A stretch of 64,000 bases of DNA from an uncultured Gemmatimonadales bacterium. GTDB taxonomy: Bacteria; Gemmatimonadota; Gemmatimonadetes; Longimicrobiales; RSA9. This document shows positions 30,403-41,064 of this stretch, piece after piece. The first letter of the stretch is position 1. Each line of letters starts with the position of its first letter. The notes under the pieces were generated by a model that saw only the letters and a program-made list of their open reading frames with translations, was not told the DNA's origin and did no database searches. A program made the translations under genes and the position numbers. The stretch spans positions 1 to 64,000 of the forward strand of contig CAWCRS010000008.1 in NCBI GenBank assembly GCA_963798085.1, given 5' to 3'.

Positions 30403-31278
30403 TTATCGTGACGTGCGGCATTGCCAAGCCGCCTGCGCCACGCGTGCGATCACGCGGTCGCGGGCCGCGTCGGGCGCGCGCGAATCGGCCACGAAGACCG
30501 CGATCGCCAGGTGCGTGCCGTCCGTCAGCGTGACCAGGCCAATGTCGTTGGTGGCGCGCGTCAGGCCGTCCACGGTGCGCGAGGTTCCGGTCTTGTGTGC
30601 CACCGCCGTGCCCGCGGGCAGCAGCCCCCTGATGCGGCCGGGGAAGGGGGTCGATTCCGTCAGCCACTGCAGCAGCAGTGTGCGACTCGCGGCCGAGAGC
30701 CCGCGGCCGTCCTGCAGCCGCTTCAGCAGCTGCACGCCCGCTTCGGGTGTGGCCCAGTTGCGGTACTGCACTGTGTCGGCACTCGCCATTTCCTTCTCGG
30801 TAGTCGCCACCATCAGGCTGTCGACACCCAGGCCGTGGATGTAGCGCGTCACGTCGGCGGCCGGTACCAGCCTGAGCAGCACATCCAATGCGGTGCCGTC
30901 GCTTTCGACGAGGGCCAGCCGCAGCAGCTCGCGCACCGTGTAGTCGACGCCGCCCCCGGGGTGCTGCTCGCGAATCGGGCTGTGCACGGGCGCAATGTCC
31001 GCCGCGCGGACGCGCACGGTCGCGTCCAGCCGCAGCTGGTTCCTGTCCACACGCTCGAGGACGGCCATGGCTATGGGCAGCTTGTAGACACTCTGCATGG
31101 GGAAGCGCTCATTGCCGCGGATCGAGACGATCTCGCCGGTTTCCACGAGTAGCACGGCCGCGCCCACGCGGCCATCGATCGAGCGGGCAATGCTGTCCAG
31201 CGGCGCGCGCAGGCTGGCCAGCGAGCACGAGTACGCGGCGAGCAGCACGCTGCTGACATATAACACGTAGTTCCACAC
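30403..31278 (-). CDS. bla: Class A serine beta-lactamase (subclass A2-like)
   Basis: FPMQSVYK (SxxK), ESDG loop, TTEKEM (E166-like), VAHKTGT, ATNDIG; signal peptide. Confidence 0.88.
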   Translation of the reverse strand: MWNYVLYVSSVLLAAYSCSLASLRAPLDSIARSIDGRVGAAVLLVETGEIVSIRGNERFPMQSVYKLPIAMAVLERVDRNQLRLDATVRVRAADIAPVHSPIREQHPGGGVDYTVRELLRLALVESDGTALDVLLRLVPAADVTRYIHGLGVDSLMVATTEKEMASADTVQYRNWATPEAGVQLLKRLQDGRGLSAASRTLLLQWLTESTPFPGRIRGLLPAGTAVAHKTGTSRTVDGLTRATNDIGLVTLTDGTHLAIAVFVADSRAPDAARDRVIARVAQAAWQCRTSR

Positions 31279-31331
31279 GTTTCTGGTTCACTCGTGCAAG
31301 GGGTGGTGGCGTGCGTTTCGCCGGGCGCCAC

Positions 31332-32649
31332 TCAGGCAGCCGGCCGGATCGTATAGCGCACCAGCCAGGGCACGCCGTCCTCATCGGGCAGCGCGGCCCA
31401 CACCGTGTCCGCGCGGCTCCACGAGAGGCGCAGGTTGCGCGGCAGGTCGAGTGTGCCGCGCAGCCGGCCATCGGGCTGCAGGAGCAACCAGCGCGCGGTC
31501 GGTCCCGCACGGTCTTCGCGCTCCAGCCAGATCGACGCATCCGCGCCGATAACAAGCTGTTGAACGGGTGGCGGGTAGCGGGGAAAGGCCAGAGCGGCGC
31601 GCATGGTCTGGAAGATGCGCATGGAGTCGGAGCTCAGGGCGGGCAGCGGCACCACCGCCGGCCGGGACGCCGCCCATGGGAGCCCGGACGGCCCGCCATG
31701 AGGCGGCATCGAGGAACGCGTCGCTGTAACGGGTGGGCTGATAATGGAACGTTTGGCGGAACAGCGTGTCGCCCGCGGCGTCCAGCCGGATCACGCGGAA
31801 GGTCGCGTCCTGGTTCAATGCGGCCGGGGCACGCAGCACCCAGAGGCGACCCTCCCCGATGCTCGCTGACAGCGGCCTCGCCGAGGGAGGATTCGGCCTG
31901 ATGTAGCGCCGGCCGGCGATCTCGATCGGATCGAAGGACCCGATGGGAACGGAGGGATGCAGCTCCCATCCGGCCGTATCCGCCACCCCGCCAGCAGCCG
32001 TGAAGCGGACCTTCGGCACCGTCACCGTGTCGGGCGGATTGTTGCCCGGCCCGATCGGCGTGCCGCGCGACATGAAGGTGACCATGTCGCCGCGGAACAG
32101 GCCGTCCGGCGCCATCGCGACCGGCAGGATCAGCCCCACGTAGTTCGTGCCCGGCAGGTCAACGGTGAGGTGCGACTCGACCACGCCGGTGCGGAGCAGC
32201 CGGCCGGTCCGGTCGAAGAGGGTGATCCTGCGCGCGAGGACGTCGACGACCCAGACCGTGTCGCCGTGCACACCGAAGGCCGACACCGATCGGAACTCGC
32301 CGGGCCCGGCGCCCTGGCGTCCGATCCGGCGCAGCAGGCGGCCGTCCGGCGCGAACACGCGAATCTCCGCTGCCTGGTTTTCAACGGCGTAGATCTGGCC
32401 ATCGCGGTCCACATCGACATTGCCGATGAACGAGAACCCCTCGTCGGGATCATCCCGGCTGCCTATGCGCTGCTGCTCCACGAGCACGAGCCCGGGACGC
32501 ACATCGGCGTCCGCCGCATGCGCTGCGCCGGTGCGCGAGCCGCATGCGGCAAGCAAGGCTGCGCCGGCTGACACTGCGGCGATTCCTGACACCGCGTTGC
32601 AGGCGACACGCGGGCGAGGCAGCGCAATTGCAGTTGCCTGGGGCGTCAT
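31332..32649 (-). CDS. 6-bladed beta-propeller lipoprotein (frameshift ~31670)
   Basis: LLAAC lipobox; RIGRQGAGPGEFR; VHGDTVWVVD; C-terminal part in ORF 31332..31709 ending DEDGVPWLVRY. Confidence 0.82.
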
Positions 32650-32758
32650 GCGCACCTGCCCTCGGTCGCGAGCGGGCGGCGCGGGCCGCTGAACGGCCAG
32701 GGCCAGCCCATGCTTCGTGGTGGCGGACGCTACCGCACGCTGCGCCTGGCGGCGGCGG

Positions 32759-34628
32759 TCAATCGCGGCTGGCCGGCGCCGACCCCTTCGCGGTGGGCGT
32801 CCAGCTCACCAGATGACAATGCCCGCACTCACCGCCGGCCTTGTGCTTGAAGAGGTCGGCGTGGCAGCCGAGGCAGACGTTGCGCGCGGAAGACAGCGCC
32901 AGCACGTCGGGGTCGCTGTGGCAGCCGCTGCCGCCGCAGCCGGCGTGCACCTGTTTGCCCATGTGCGCGGCCATGGCGCCGGTGTGGCAAACACGGCATT
33001 CGCGCGCCGGCGCGTGGTGCTGCGTGTGACAGCTCGAGCACGAGCGCACGGAGGGTGAGGTCGCCAGGTCGGTGTGGCAGTCCGTGCAGTTCAACGAGAG
33101 AATGCCGCTCATGCGAGAACGGCAGCTCCTGGCTGACACCTTCGGGCGCGGTCGTGGTGGTCACGGTGACCGTCTGCGTCAGCGTACCCCGGCAATGCGC
33201 GGACGGATGACAGCGCTCGCACGCCGCTGCGCCGCTGCCTGCCTGCACTTCGCGCTGGTGGTGACAGCTCAGACAATCGCGTACCGAGCGCACTTGCAGC
33301 GCACCTGAGGCGGCATGACACAGGACGCACTGCAGCGCACGGTGCGTGTTGTGCGAGAACTTCGTGGTGTCCTGGGCAGTCTGCCCACCCGCAGCCTGCA
33401 GTGCGACCTCGGGCGCGGCCGGACCCGGCGCGCGACCTGGTGTCATGGCGAAGCGGAACGGCGGCTGCGGTGTCAGCATCGCCTGTGCTGTGTCCCGACG
33501 GAACACACGACCGGGCTGGTCCAGGATCTTCTGGTGACAGCTGAGGCAGGTGGCTCCCCTGAGAGTCCACGTGTGCGCCGAATGGCAGCGGCCGCAGGAT
33601 GACAGCACGCGGCTGTGCACGCCCTGATGGAAAGGCGTGAGTGTGTCGGGGCGCGCGTGACAGCCGGCAGTGGCGCAGCTGCCGAAAGCCGCCGCGGGTG
33701 TGGTCTGCTTGTGCGGATCGTGGCAGTCGCCGCACCGTCCCTTGTGCGGATCGTTCGAAGGCACGAACCGCGCGAGCCGCTCGCGCATGGCGTGGCAGCC
33801 GAGACAATTGACGCTCGTGGGCACCAGTGCGTTGCTCGCAGCCGCGACCTGCCGCGTCTCGGTTATGGGCGCCGTGAACGGATGGCAGGCAACGCAGTGC
33901 AGTGTGGTCTGGTTGGCCATGAGGCCCAGCTGAATCGTCAGCTTGTCATGGCAGCCGCTCTGCTGGCACGTCGTTGATGCAGGCACGAAGCGGTGCGCAG
34001 ACACGCCGTGACAGGTGAGGCACTCAATGTGGAGCTTCGCCGCCGTGTCGGACAGCACGTGGATCGAGTGTCCTGCCGTGGCCACAATGCGCTGCCACGT
34101 CGAGTCCGCGTTGCGCTGCACGTGACAGTTCGCGCACACCGCGCGCGGTACGGGTGCGTGCGGGCCGACATCGGCGGGCCGCAGCAGCATCCAGCGCACG
34201 ACCTGCGTCATTTCGGCGACCACGGGCTCGTCATGGCAGTCGTGGCAACGCAGCTGCGCGATCTGATGGTGCTTGCTCTGCTGGAAACGCTCGTACACTT
34301 CGTCGTGCAGCGTGTGGCAGCTCAGACAGAACTGGTTGCTGTCCTGCGAGTAGACGAAGAATGCCGCGCCCGAGCCCGCCATCGAGAACAGCACGCCGGC
34401 GGCTGCCAGGCCAATCACGATCTTCCAGAACACCGGTGTCGTCATGTCGCGCGTGCGGACCCACCGCACGACCTGGCGCCACTCCCTCACCAGGATGATC
34501 ACAGCCACGACGGCCACGATGAGGGCCAGCGCGGCGCCGCTCAGCTGCACCCACTGCGGCACGCTGAAGAACCAGCGGAACACACGCTCGACGGGCGTGA
34601 TGTCGCGCGGCGGGTGAAACACCGTCAT
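32759..34628 (-). CDS. Membrane-anchored multihaem cytochrome c, NapC/NirT-like N-terminus (frameshift ~33097)
   Basis: Two N-terminal hydrophobic helices; 17 CxxCH plus 3 Cx4CH motifs across ORFs 32829..34913 and 32759..33139; alternative GTG start at 34688. Confidence 0.9.
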
Positions 34629-34999
34629 GGTGTCGCCCGGAATGCGTGTGTCAATGCGCAGCTGCTGTGCGGCCTGCTGGAGCGTCACTCTGATTTGCTC
34701 TGTGTGCGGGTGCAGTGCCAGGCGCCGCAGCGGTACAGGGCTGCCCGCGCCATGGCCTCGGAAGCGGAAGCTTTCATCAATGGAACGTGCGCGCAATGCA
34801 TGAAGGTAATGGTATGGTGCGCTGCTTCCCGCCGAAACGCAACTGTCCGGGGCGAGGCTTCCACCTGCCACCGGCCCGGCGCCCTGAACGACGGCTGCGG
34901 GCCGACGCATCACTACGGGGTGCCCTCCTGTAACACCGTGCTGGCGACGACGACGCTTCCGCCCGAACCTTCGCTTTCCAACGAACCGGCGAGGCGGAA

Positions 35000-36884
35000 T
35001 TGTCGCGATACAAGCGAGCGGGCGCGGTGGCGGTGGCGCTCGCCATTGCAGGTCTGGGCGAGGCGAGAGCGCAGCAGGGCGCTACCCCGGCCATCATGTT
35101 CCGCGGCAATGCGGCACACGCCGGCGTCACCCGTGAGACGCTGTTCCGCGGCCAGGGTGGCGTTCGCTGGCGGGTGCAGACCGGCAATGCCCGGTTCTCG
35201 TCGCCTGCGGTCACCGAACTCGCGTGTTCGCAGGCAGCGACGACGGCTATCTCCGGGCGATCGATCGGGCGCGCGGCACGGTCGTCTGGAAGTTCAATGC
35301 CGGCAGCGCGGTACGCGCATCGCCGGCGGTTGCGTCCGGCCTGGTGATCGCGGCCACGGCGAAGGGCCGCATCTTCGCGGTGGCCGAAGCGACCGCCAGG
35401 CTGCGCTGGTCCATGCAGTGCGACAGCGCCATTCCGCAGAACCTGTACGCCTACGCCAACCGCTGGTGGGACTTCCTCGTTTCTTCGCCCGTGATCGCGG
35501 GCAGCACGGTCGTCATCGGCGGGCAGGATGGCGGCGTGTACGCGCTGAATCTGCAGACAGGCCGCCGCATCTGGCGTGCGCAGACCGGCGGACGCGTGCG
35601 CGCCACACCCGCGATCAGCGGCGGCCGCGTTGTCGTCGGGTCGTACAATGGGCGCGTCTACGCCTTCGACCTGGCTACCGGCAGGGAGCAGTGGACGTTT
35701 CACACACTGGGTGACACACTCGATCTCGAGAAATACCGCTACGATCGCCGGTCCATCCAGAGTTCGCCCGCGATTGCGGATGGCCGTGTGTTCTTCGGCT
35801 CGCGCGATGACGGACTGTATGCGATCGACGCCGCCACCGGCGCGCAGCAGTGGCGCTTCAGTCACCAGGGCTCTTGGGTGGTCGGCTCGCCTGCCGTCGC
35901 CGGCGGGCGGGTGTACGTCGGCAGCAGTGATGGCAACTTCGTGCAGGCCGTGGAGGCCGGGAGCGGCCGCGAGCTGTGGCGCTTCGACATCTTCGCCAAC
36001 ATGCTCTCCTCACCCCTGCTGCTGGGTAATGCCATCGTGCTGGGCAGCGCGCACGAGAGCGACCTCACCGGCGAGCTGCTGGCGCTGGACGCGGGCAGCG
36101 GCGCGTGCGCTGGCGGCTGCGCATGGATGGCGCCCTAGTCTCATCGCCCACGGCCCGGGACGATGCGCTGTACGTCGGCACGACCGGTGGCAGCATCGTC
36201 GCCATCGAGCAGGCCAACCCGCAGGTGCCGCGCCTGGCCGTGTTCTACGACTCGACACCGGAGCGGCAGGCGTACGGACCGGGAGCGCGGATGGCCCGCG
36301 AGTACTTTCAGACGCGCGGCTACGAGCTGCTCTCGGCGGAATCGCTGGCACGCTTCATGGCGGCCCGCGTAGCCGACTCGCTGCCCAGCGCCATTGTCTT
36401 CGCCATCGACGTATTGCCCGCCAGTGTGGCTCCCGACGACTCTGACACCGCGTTAGTACGTCGCTACCTGAATGCGGGCGGCAAGATCGTGTGGGCCGGT
36501 CCGCCGCCGGCGCTGCGGCACGATGCGCAGGGCAACATCACCGCCTTCCAGCGAGCTCGCATGGACTCGCTGCTGGGCGTGCCCGCCACAGCCCTGCGCG
36601 GAGACCGCGACGTTGTCAGGCCCGACGCCAGCGGCCTCGCCTGGGGCATTGATCGCTGGTTTCCGGGGATCTACCCGATCGCCGCCGGCGGCATGACGCA
36701 GCCACTGGCGCTGGATGCGGAAGGACTGACGTCAGCGTGGGTGCGCGTCTACCGGCCGGACCGTCCCGGATCGGGGTTTGTCCAGCTCTGGGGAATGGGC
36801 GCGAGCTACGAGCGACTTCCAGCCATGCGCGCGGTGGCGGAGTACGGCCTGCTGCGGCGCGCGCACGCCCCTGGACCGGGGTGA
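35000..36884 (+). CDS. PQQ-like/BamB-type beta-propeller repeat protein with extra C-terminal domain (frameshifts ~35218 and ~36103)
   Basis: Signal peptide; MFRGNAAHAG; repeated SSPA..G.V..GS.DG..YA.D..TG...W blades. Confidence 0.82.
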
Positions 36885-37043
36885 AAGGGCGGCCGCGCCC
36901 GTTTACGGCCACGGCGAGGAACGGGCCACCGGAGCGTGAAGCCCGGTGGCCCGCACAACCAGGGAACTCCATCTGCTATGCTCGAAACGCACGCGGCCGT
37001 CCCCCGGACCACTCTGCGGTCGCGCGCGCTTCGAGGGCCGCGT

Positions 37044-37778
37044 TCACGGCTGTCTGACAATCCGCCCTCGCGCGGCCGCGGAGGCAGAGCCGTCCAGATC
37101 GAACGTGACGGAACTCACATCCGGTACACTCGCCGTAATCGTGCGCCAGCCCGCCGTACCGCTCAACGTCACACTGACACTCGCTTCGCCCGCCGCATCG
37201 GTTGCCAGGGACTCGACCGAGAACGTGTCGCCCGCGGATGAGGCAAACATCACGATGATGCCGGGCACCGGATTGCTGTACTGATCCATGACCCGCACCA
37301 CCAGCGGATCGGGAATCAGCGTACCTACGGCAGCACTGGTGCTGTCACCGCTCACGATTGCCATGCTGGCGGGCGGACCCGCCGTTGCAGTCGCGGTGAA
37401 ATTGGCGATGGGCACGCCACTCACACTGGCCGTGGCGTTCGCTGTGCCTGCTGTCGTGCCCAGCGTCCAGACCGCCTGCGCCATTCCATTGGCATCCGTG
37501 GCCGTCGCGGCGACATCCAGCGAGCCGCTGCCGGTGTCCCACAGAACTTCCACGTTCGCGAGTGCATTGCCGCTCGAATCCGTGACCTTCACCACCAGCG
37601 CCTGCGCCAGCACGCTTCCCACTGTGCCGGTCTGCGCATCGCCGCTCACGATCTGCAGGGAGCCTGCCTGAATCGGTGAGGTGCTGTCCTTGCTGCACGC
37701 CGCGAGCGCGGCGCAGAATGCGACGCTCGACCAGACCAGGGAGCGCCGCGCGGTCCTGCCGTAGATTGCACGGTTCAT
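37044..37778 (-). CDS. Lipoprotein with two Ig-like (Big_1/invasin-type) repeats
   Basis: AGGAGG RBS; LAAC lipobox; LQIVSGDAQTG and MAIVSGDSTSA repeat starts; TDANGMAQAVWTLG. Confidence 0.85.
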   Translation of the reverse strand: MNRAIYGRTARRSLVWSSVAFCAALAACSKDSTSPIQAGSLQIVSGDAQTGTVGSVLAQALVVKVTDSSGNALANVEVLWDTGSGSLDVAATATDANGMAQAVWTLGTTAGTANATASVSGVPIANFTATATAGPPASMAIVSGDSTSAAVGTLIPDPLVVRVMDQYSNPVPGIIVMFASSAGDTFSVESLATDAAGEASVSVTLSGTAGWRTITASVPDVSSVTFDLDGSASAAARGRIVRQP

Positions 37779-37909
37779 GAAATCGGCCTCCTGTCCGCGT
37801 CGGCAACACAGCGAACCATTCACTGCGCTGCCGCCGACACTGCATCAGACAATCCAAACCGCACCCACCCTTACGTCTCACGGTCCTTCGGCGACGCGCG
37901 CAAACCAAA

Positions 37910-38664
37910 GCTTACGCCAGGCTTACAGTGCGCCGGTCAGCTGGTTCATCTGCTCGGCGTTCAGCTGCTTCGGCCTGCGGCGGGGCGGCGCGCTGCCCGG
38001 CAGCTGGTTCGTGCTTGCCCTGCGGCGGGCCGGCCGCGCGGAGGCGGCCGTACGCCAGACGCTGTATCGCATGGTACGCGATGGCGAGCTGGAGGCGAGC
38101 CGGGCGGGGCGGGCCAAGCTCTATGCGCCGACCGAGTACGCAAAAGCGGAGATCGCGGTCGGCACGCGCCGTATCCTGGCACCCGAGCCGTGGCAGTGGG
38201 ACGGACAATGGACGTTGATTGTCCTGCGCCCGTCGGGCCGTGTGCGCGACCGTGTCACGCAGGCCCGTATCGAATCGCTGCTGAAGGTGGAAGACTGCGC
38301 GCCGCTGGGTGCCCTGGCGCGGCGCTATAACACGGTGTTGCAGCGGCTGCAGCGTCTCACGCGCGAGCTGGACCGGCGGGATTGTTCCGACGAGGACGCC
38401 TTCCTGCTGCGTTTCGCGGTGGTGTTCGCGTACCGGAGTGTGGCGTGGGATGACCCCGAGCTGCCCGCCCGCGTGCTGCCCCCGGACTGGCCGGGCGCCG
38501 CAGCGCGCGCCGCGGCCGCCGCGCTCTATCGCCGGCTGCTGCCGGGTGCGACGCGCCAGGGTGATGCCCTGCTGCGCGCCACTGGCCAACGGTGTGACAC
38601 TGGTCAGGGAAATGAACGGCTCGCCGGAGCATCTGGCGCTGCGCGCCCGCATCGCGCGCGGTGA
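37910..38664 (+). pseudogene. PaaX-family repressor, internally deleted; start unclear
   Basis: AVRQTLYRMVRDGEL, WDGQWTL, DPELPARVLPPDWPG; central domain missing between APLG and ALARRY. Confidence 0.7.
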
Positions 38665-39574
38665 GCTTGCCGGGCCGAGCATGCTGGTCAGCACGCCGCT
38701 GCTCGCCGGCGAAGCGCAGCGCTGGCATCATCTCCTCATTCGAACCGCGGAGGATGCACGCAATGCCGCGCGCGACGCGAAAGCGGCCGGCTACGACTAC
38801 CTGACGATCTCCAATGGGCTGACCACAGAAGCGGACGCCGCACTGGTGACGGCCAGTCGAACAACGGGCCTGCCGCTCGACGGCCACATTCCGGCGGCCG
38901 TCGGTCTGGCGGGCGTGCTCGCGGCGGGTCAGACCATTGAGCACATGGACAAGATCGCCTTTGCCGCGGCCGGTCACGATCCGGACACCGCACGGGTTCC
39001 CGTCGTACGGCAGGCATTCGCCGCGCATCGCGTGTGGGTCACGCCCACCAGCGCTTCGCTGCGCGCCCTGGATATCGCGGGCACGCCGGCATACACGTCT
39101 GCATTGACGAGTCCCGCGATGGCGTACGTCGATTCCGCGACGCTCGGCTGGTGGCGATCGCTGGCCGGTCAGCGGGAGCGGACCGCGCCCTCGCGCTTCT
39201 ACACATTCGAGCTACTGCTGCTGAAGGCGCTGCACGCCGACGGCACCGACATGCAGCCGGGCACGGACACTTCCAATCCGCTGATGGTCGCGGGCTTCGC
39301 CGTGCACGATGAGCTGGATGTGCTGACGCGCGATGCCGGCTTCTCCAACTACGAGGCGCTGCGGCTGGCCACCGCGAACGTGGGCCGTTTCCTCGGCGAT
39401 CCCGCGGTGGGCACGCTCCACGTGGGCAGCAATGCCGATCTTCTGCTGGTGGATGGAAACCCGCTTCGGGACCTTTCAGTGCTGCGGCGCCCGCTGGGCG
39501 TACTGGTGCGCGGGCAGTGGCTCGACCGGGAACGGCTGGATGCGCTGCTGCGCGGCGCGCGCACCGTGCAATAA
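38582..39574 (+). pseudogene. Amidohydrolase family protein lacking its N-terminus
   Basis: Begins abruptly at LANGVTLVREMNG; retains GH, IEH, GTD and ADLLLVDGNPLRDL; no HxH metal motif and no convincing start. Confidence 0.7.
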
Positions 39575-40825
39575 TGCGTTAGCGGTCGCGCCGCCAGCGT
39601 CCTTCAGCACACTGGAGAGGAAGCGCTCGACTGCCCAGGCGCTGATCTGTGCGCAGGGGCCGCGGAACCCGAAATCGCAACCGTGTGTGGCCCAGGGCAG
39701 GCGAACGTACACGAAATGCTGGCCTGCGTGCCGCAGGGAATCGGCGAGCATGCGGGCGTGCGCATCGAACACCAGTTCATCCATGCCGCCGTGGATCAGC
39801 AGCGTGGGCACGGAAGTGCTCACATGGCGAACAGGCGACGCTTCATCGTAGAGTCTTGCGCGCGATTCCAGTGACCCGCCCAGGAAGCCGCTCAGCACGG
39901 CGCGACTGTCAATGACGCGCGGGTTCGTGGGGTGCTCCCAGGCCCAGCGCAGGTCCGTGGGCCCGTAGAACGAGACCGCGCCCCGGATGTCGGGATCGTG
40001 CATTGTGTACGCGGCGAGCAGCGCGAGGTGCGCACCCGCGGACCGGCCCAGCAGCACGATGCGCGTCGTATCCAGCGCGTATGCCTGCGCGTTCGCTTTC
40101 AGCCGGCGGATGGCGGCGCCGACATCCTGCAGCGCGGCCGGGTAGGGGTGTGCGGGCGCCAGCCGGTAATCGATGGATGCGACGACGTAGCCGCGGTCTG
40201 CGAGCCAGCCATTCAGGCCGGCCAGCTGCCGCCGGTCGCCGCTGCGCCAGGAGCCGCCGTGGATGACGACGACGAGCGGCGCGCGCCCGCCGCGCATTCC
40301 GCTGGACGCCGGTCTGTAAATGTCGATGCCCTGCGCACCGCCGGCGCCGTCAGTATAGCTGTCCGTTTCTGGTCGCGTGGCTGCGCCGCTGTGCATGCCC
40401 GCGAACAGCCGTGTCAGCGAGAAGGGGGCATCGGCGACGGTGCCGGGAAACACGAGATCGAGAGCGTTGCCCGCGGCGCGTGCGGCCGGCCATGCCCGGG
40501 CTACAGGTGACAGTGCCAGCACGGTTGCCAGCAGTCCCGCGACCAGCGCCAGCCGGCCCATGCGCCGTGTCGCGGCCGGCCGGTCCGGGCGGGTGCGGGC
40601 TGCGCGCGCCGCTAACACCATGATAGACAATCCCGCCAGCGCCAGCCCCACGCCGAACTCGGTAACCAGGATGGAGATCTCCCAGAACAGGTAATCGGGT
40701 GCGGGCACAACCGCGAGCAGGGACAACACCAGGCACACCGTTGCGCACGCCAGCAGCAGTGCGGCTCCGCCCGTTCGCAGCGTCGCGCGCACTTTCAGGT
40801 GCAGTCCCTCGGGGCTGCCAGCCAC
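39476..40825 (-). CDS. Membrane-anchored alpha/beta hydrolase (esterase/lipase)
   Basis: N-terminal TM helices; IHGGSW, DYRLAP, GRSAG nucleophile, D (GGMDELV), H (ATHGCD). Confidence 0.88.
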   Translation of the reverse strand: MAGSPEGLHLKVRATLRTGGAALLLACATVCLVLSLLAVVPAPDYLFWEISILVTEFGVGLALAGLSIMVLAARAARTRPDRPAATRRMGRLALVAGLLATVLALSPVARAWPAARAAGNALDLVFPGTVADAPFSLTRLFAGMHSGAATRPETDSYTDGAGGAQGIDIYRPASSGMRGGRAPLVVVIHGGSWRSGDRRQLAGLNGWLADRGYVVASIDYRLAPAHPYPAALQDVGAAIRRLKANAQAYALDTTRIVLLGRSAGAHLALLAAYTMHDPDIRGAVSFYGPTDLRWAWEHPTNPRVIDSRAVLSGFLGGSLESRARLYDEASPVRHVSTSVPTLLIHGGMDELVFDAHARMLADSLRHAGQHFVYVRLPWATHGCDFGFRGPCAQISAWAVERFLSSVLKDAGGATANALLHGARAAQQRIQPFPVEPLPAHQYAQRAPQH

Positions 40826-41064
40826 GGTACCGGAAGGCCTCGCCGGCCGGAAAGATCAGAATCCAGGGAATGGCTCCGTGTGCCTGTTTGCGGGTGCCGG
40901 ACACTACTGTATCTTGCCGTTCGTCGCGATCCCTCGAGATGGGGCGGGTGTCCGCAGGGGACCCTGTCCACCCGCGAGGCAACTCTGGCTGAGCGCCCGC
41001 GGCGCCACCGGACGTCCCAATGCCGGCACCCGGCACTCCCCAGTCACTTCCTCCAGCGGCGCCC

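Noticed and set aside
34767..34780. Possible FNR/CRP box upstream of the multihaem cytochrome
   Set aside because: Only one ATCAA half-site is present; the other half does not match
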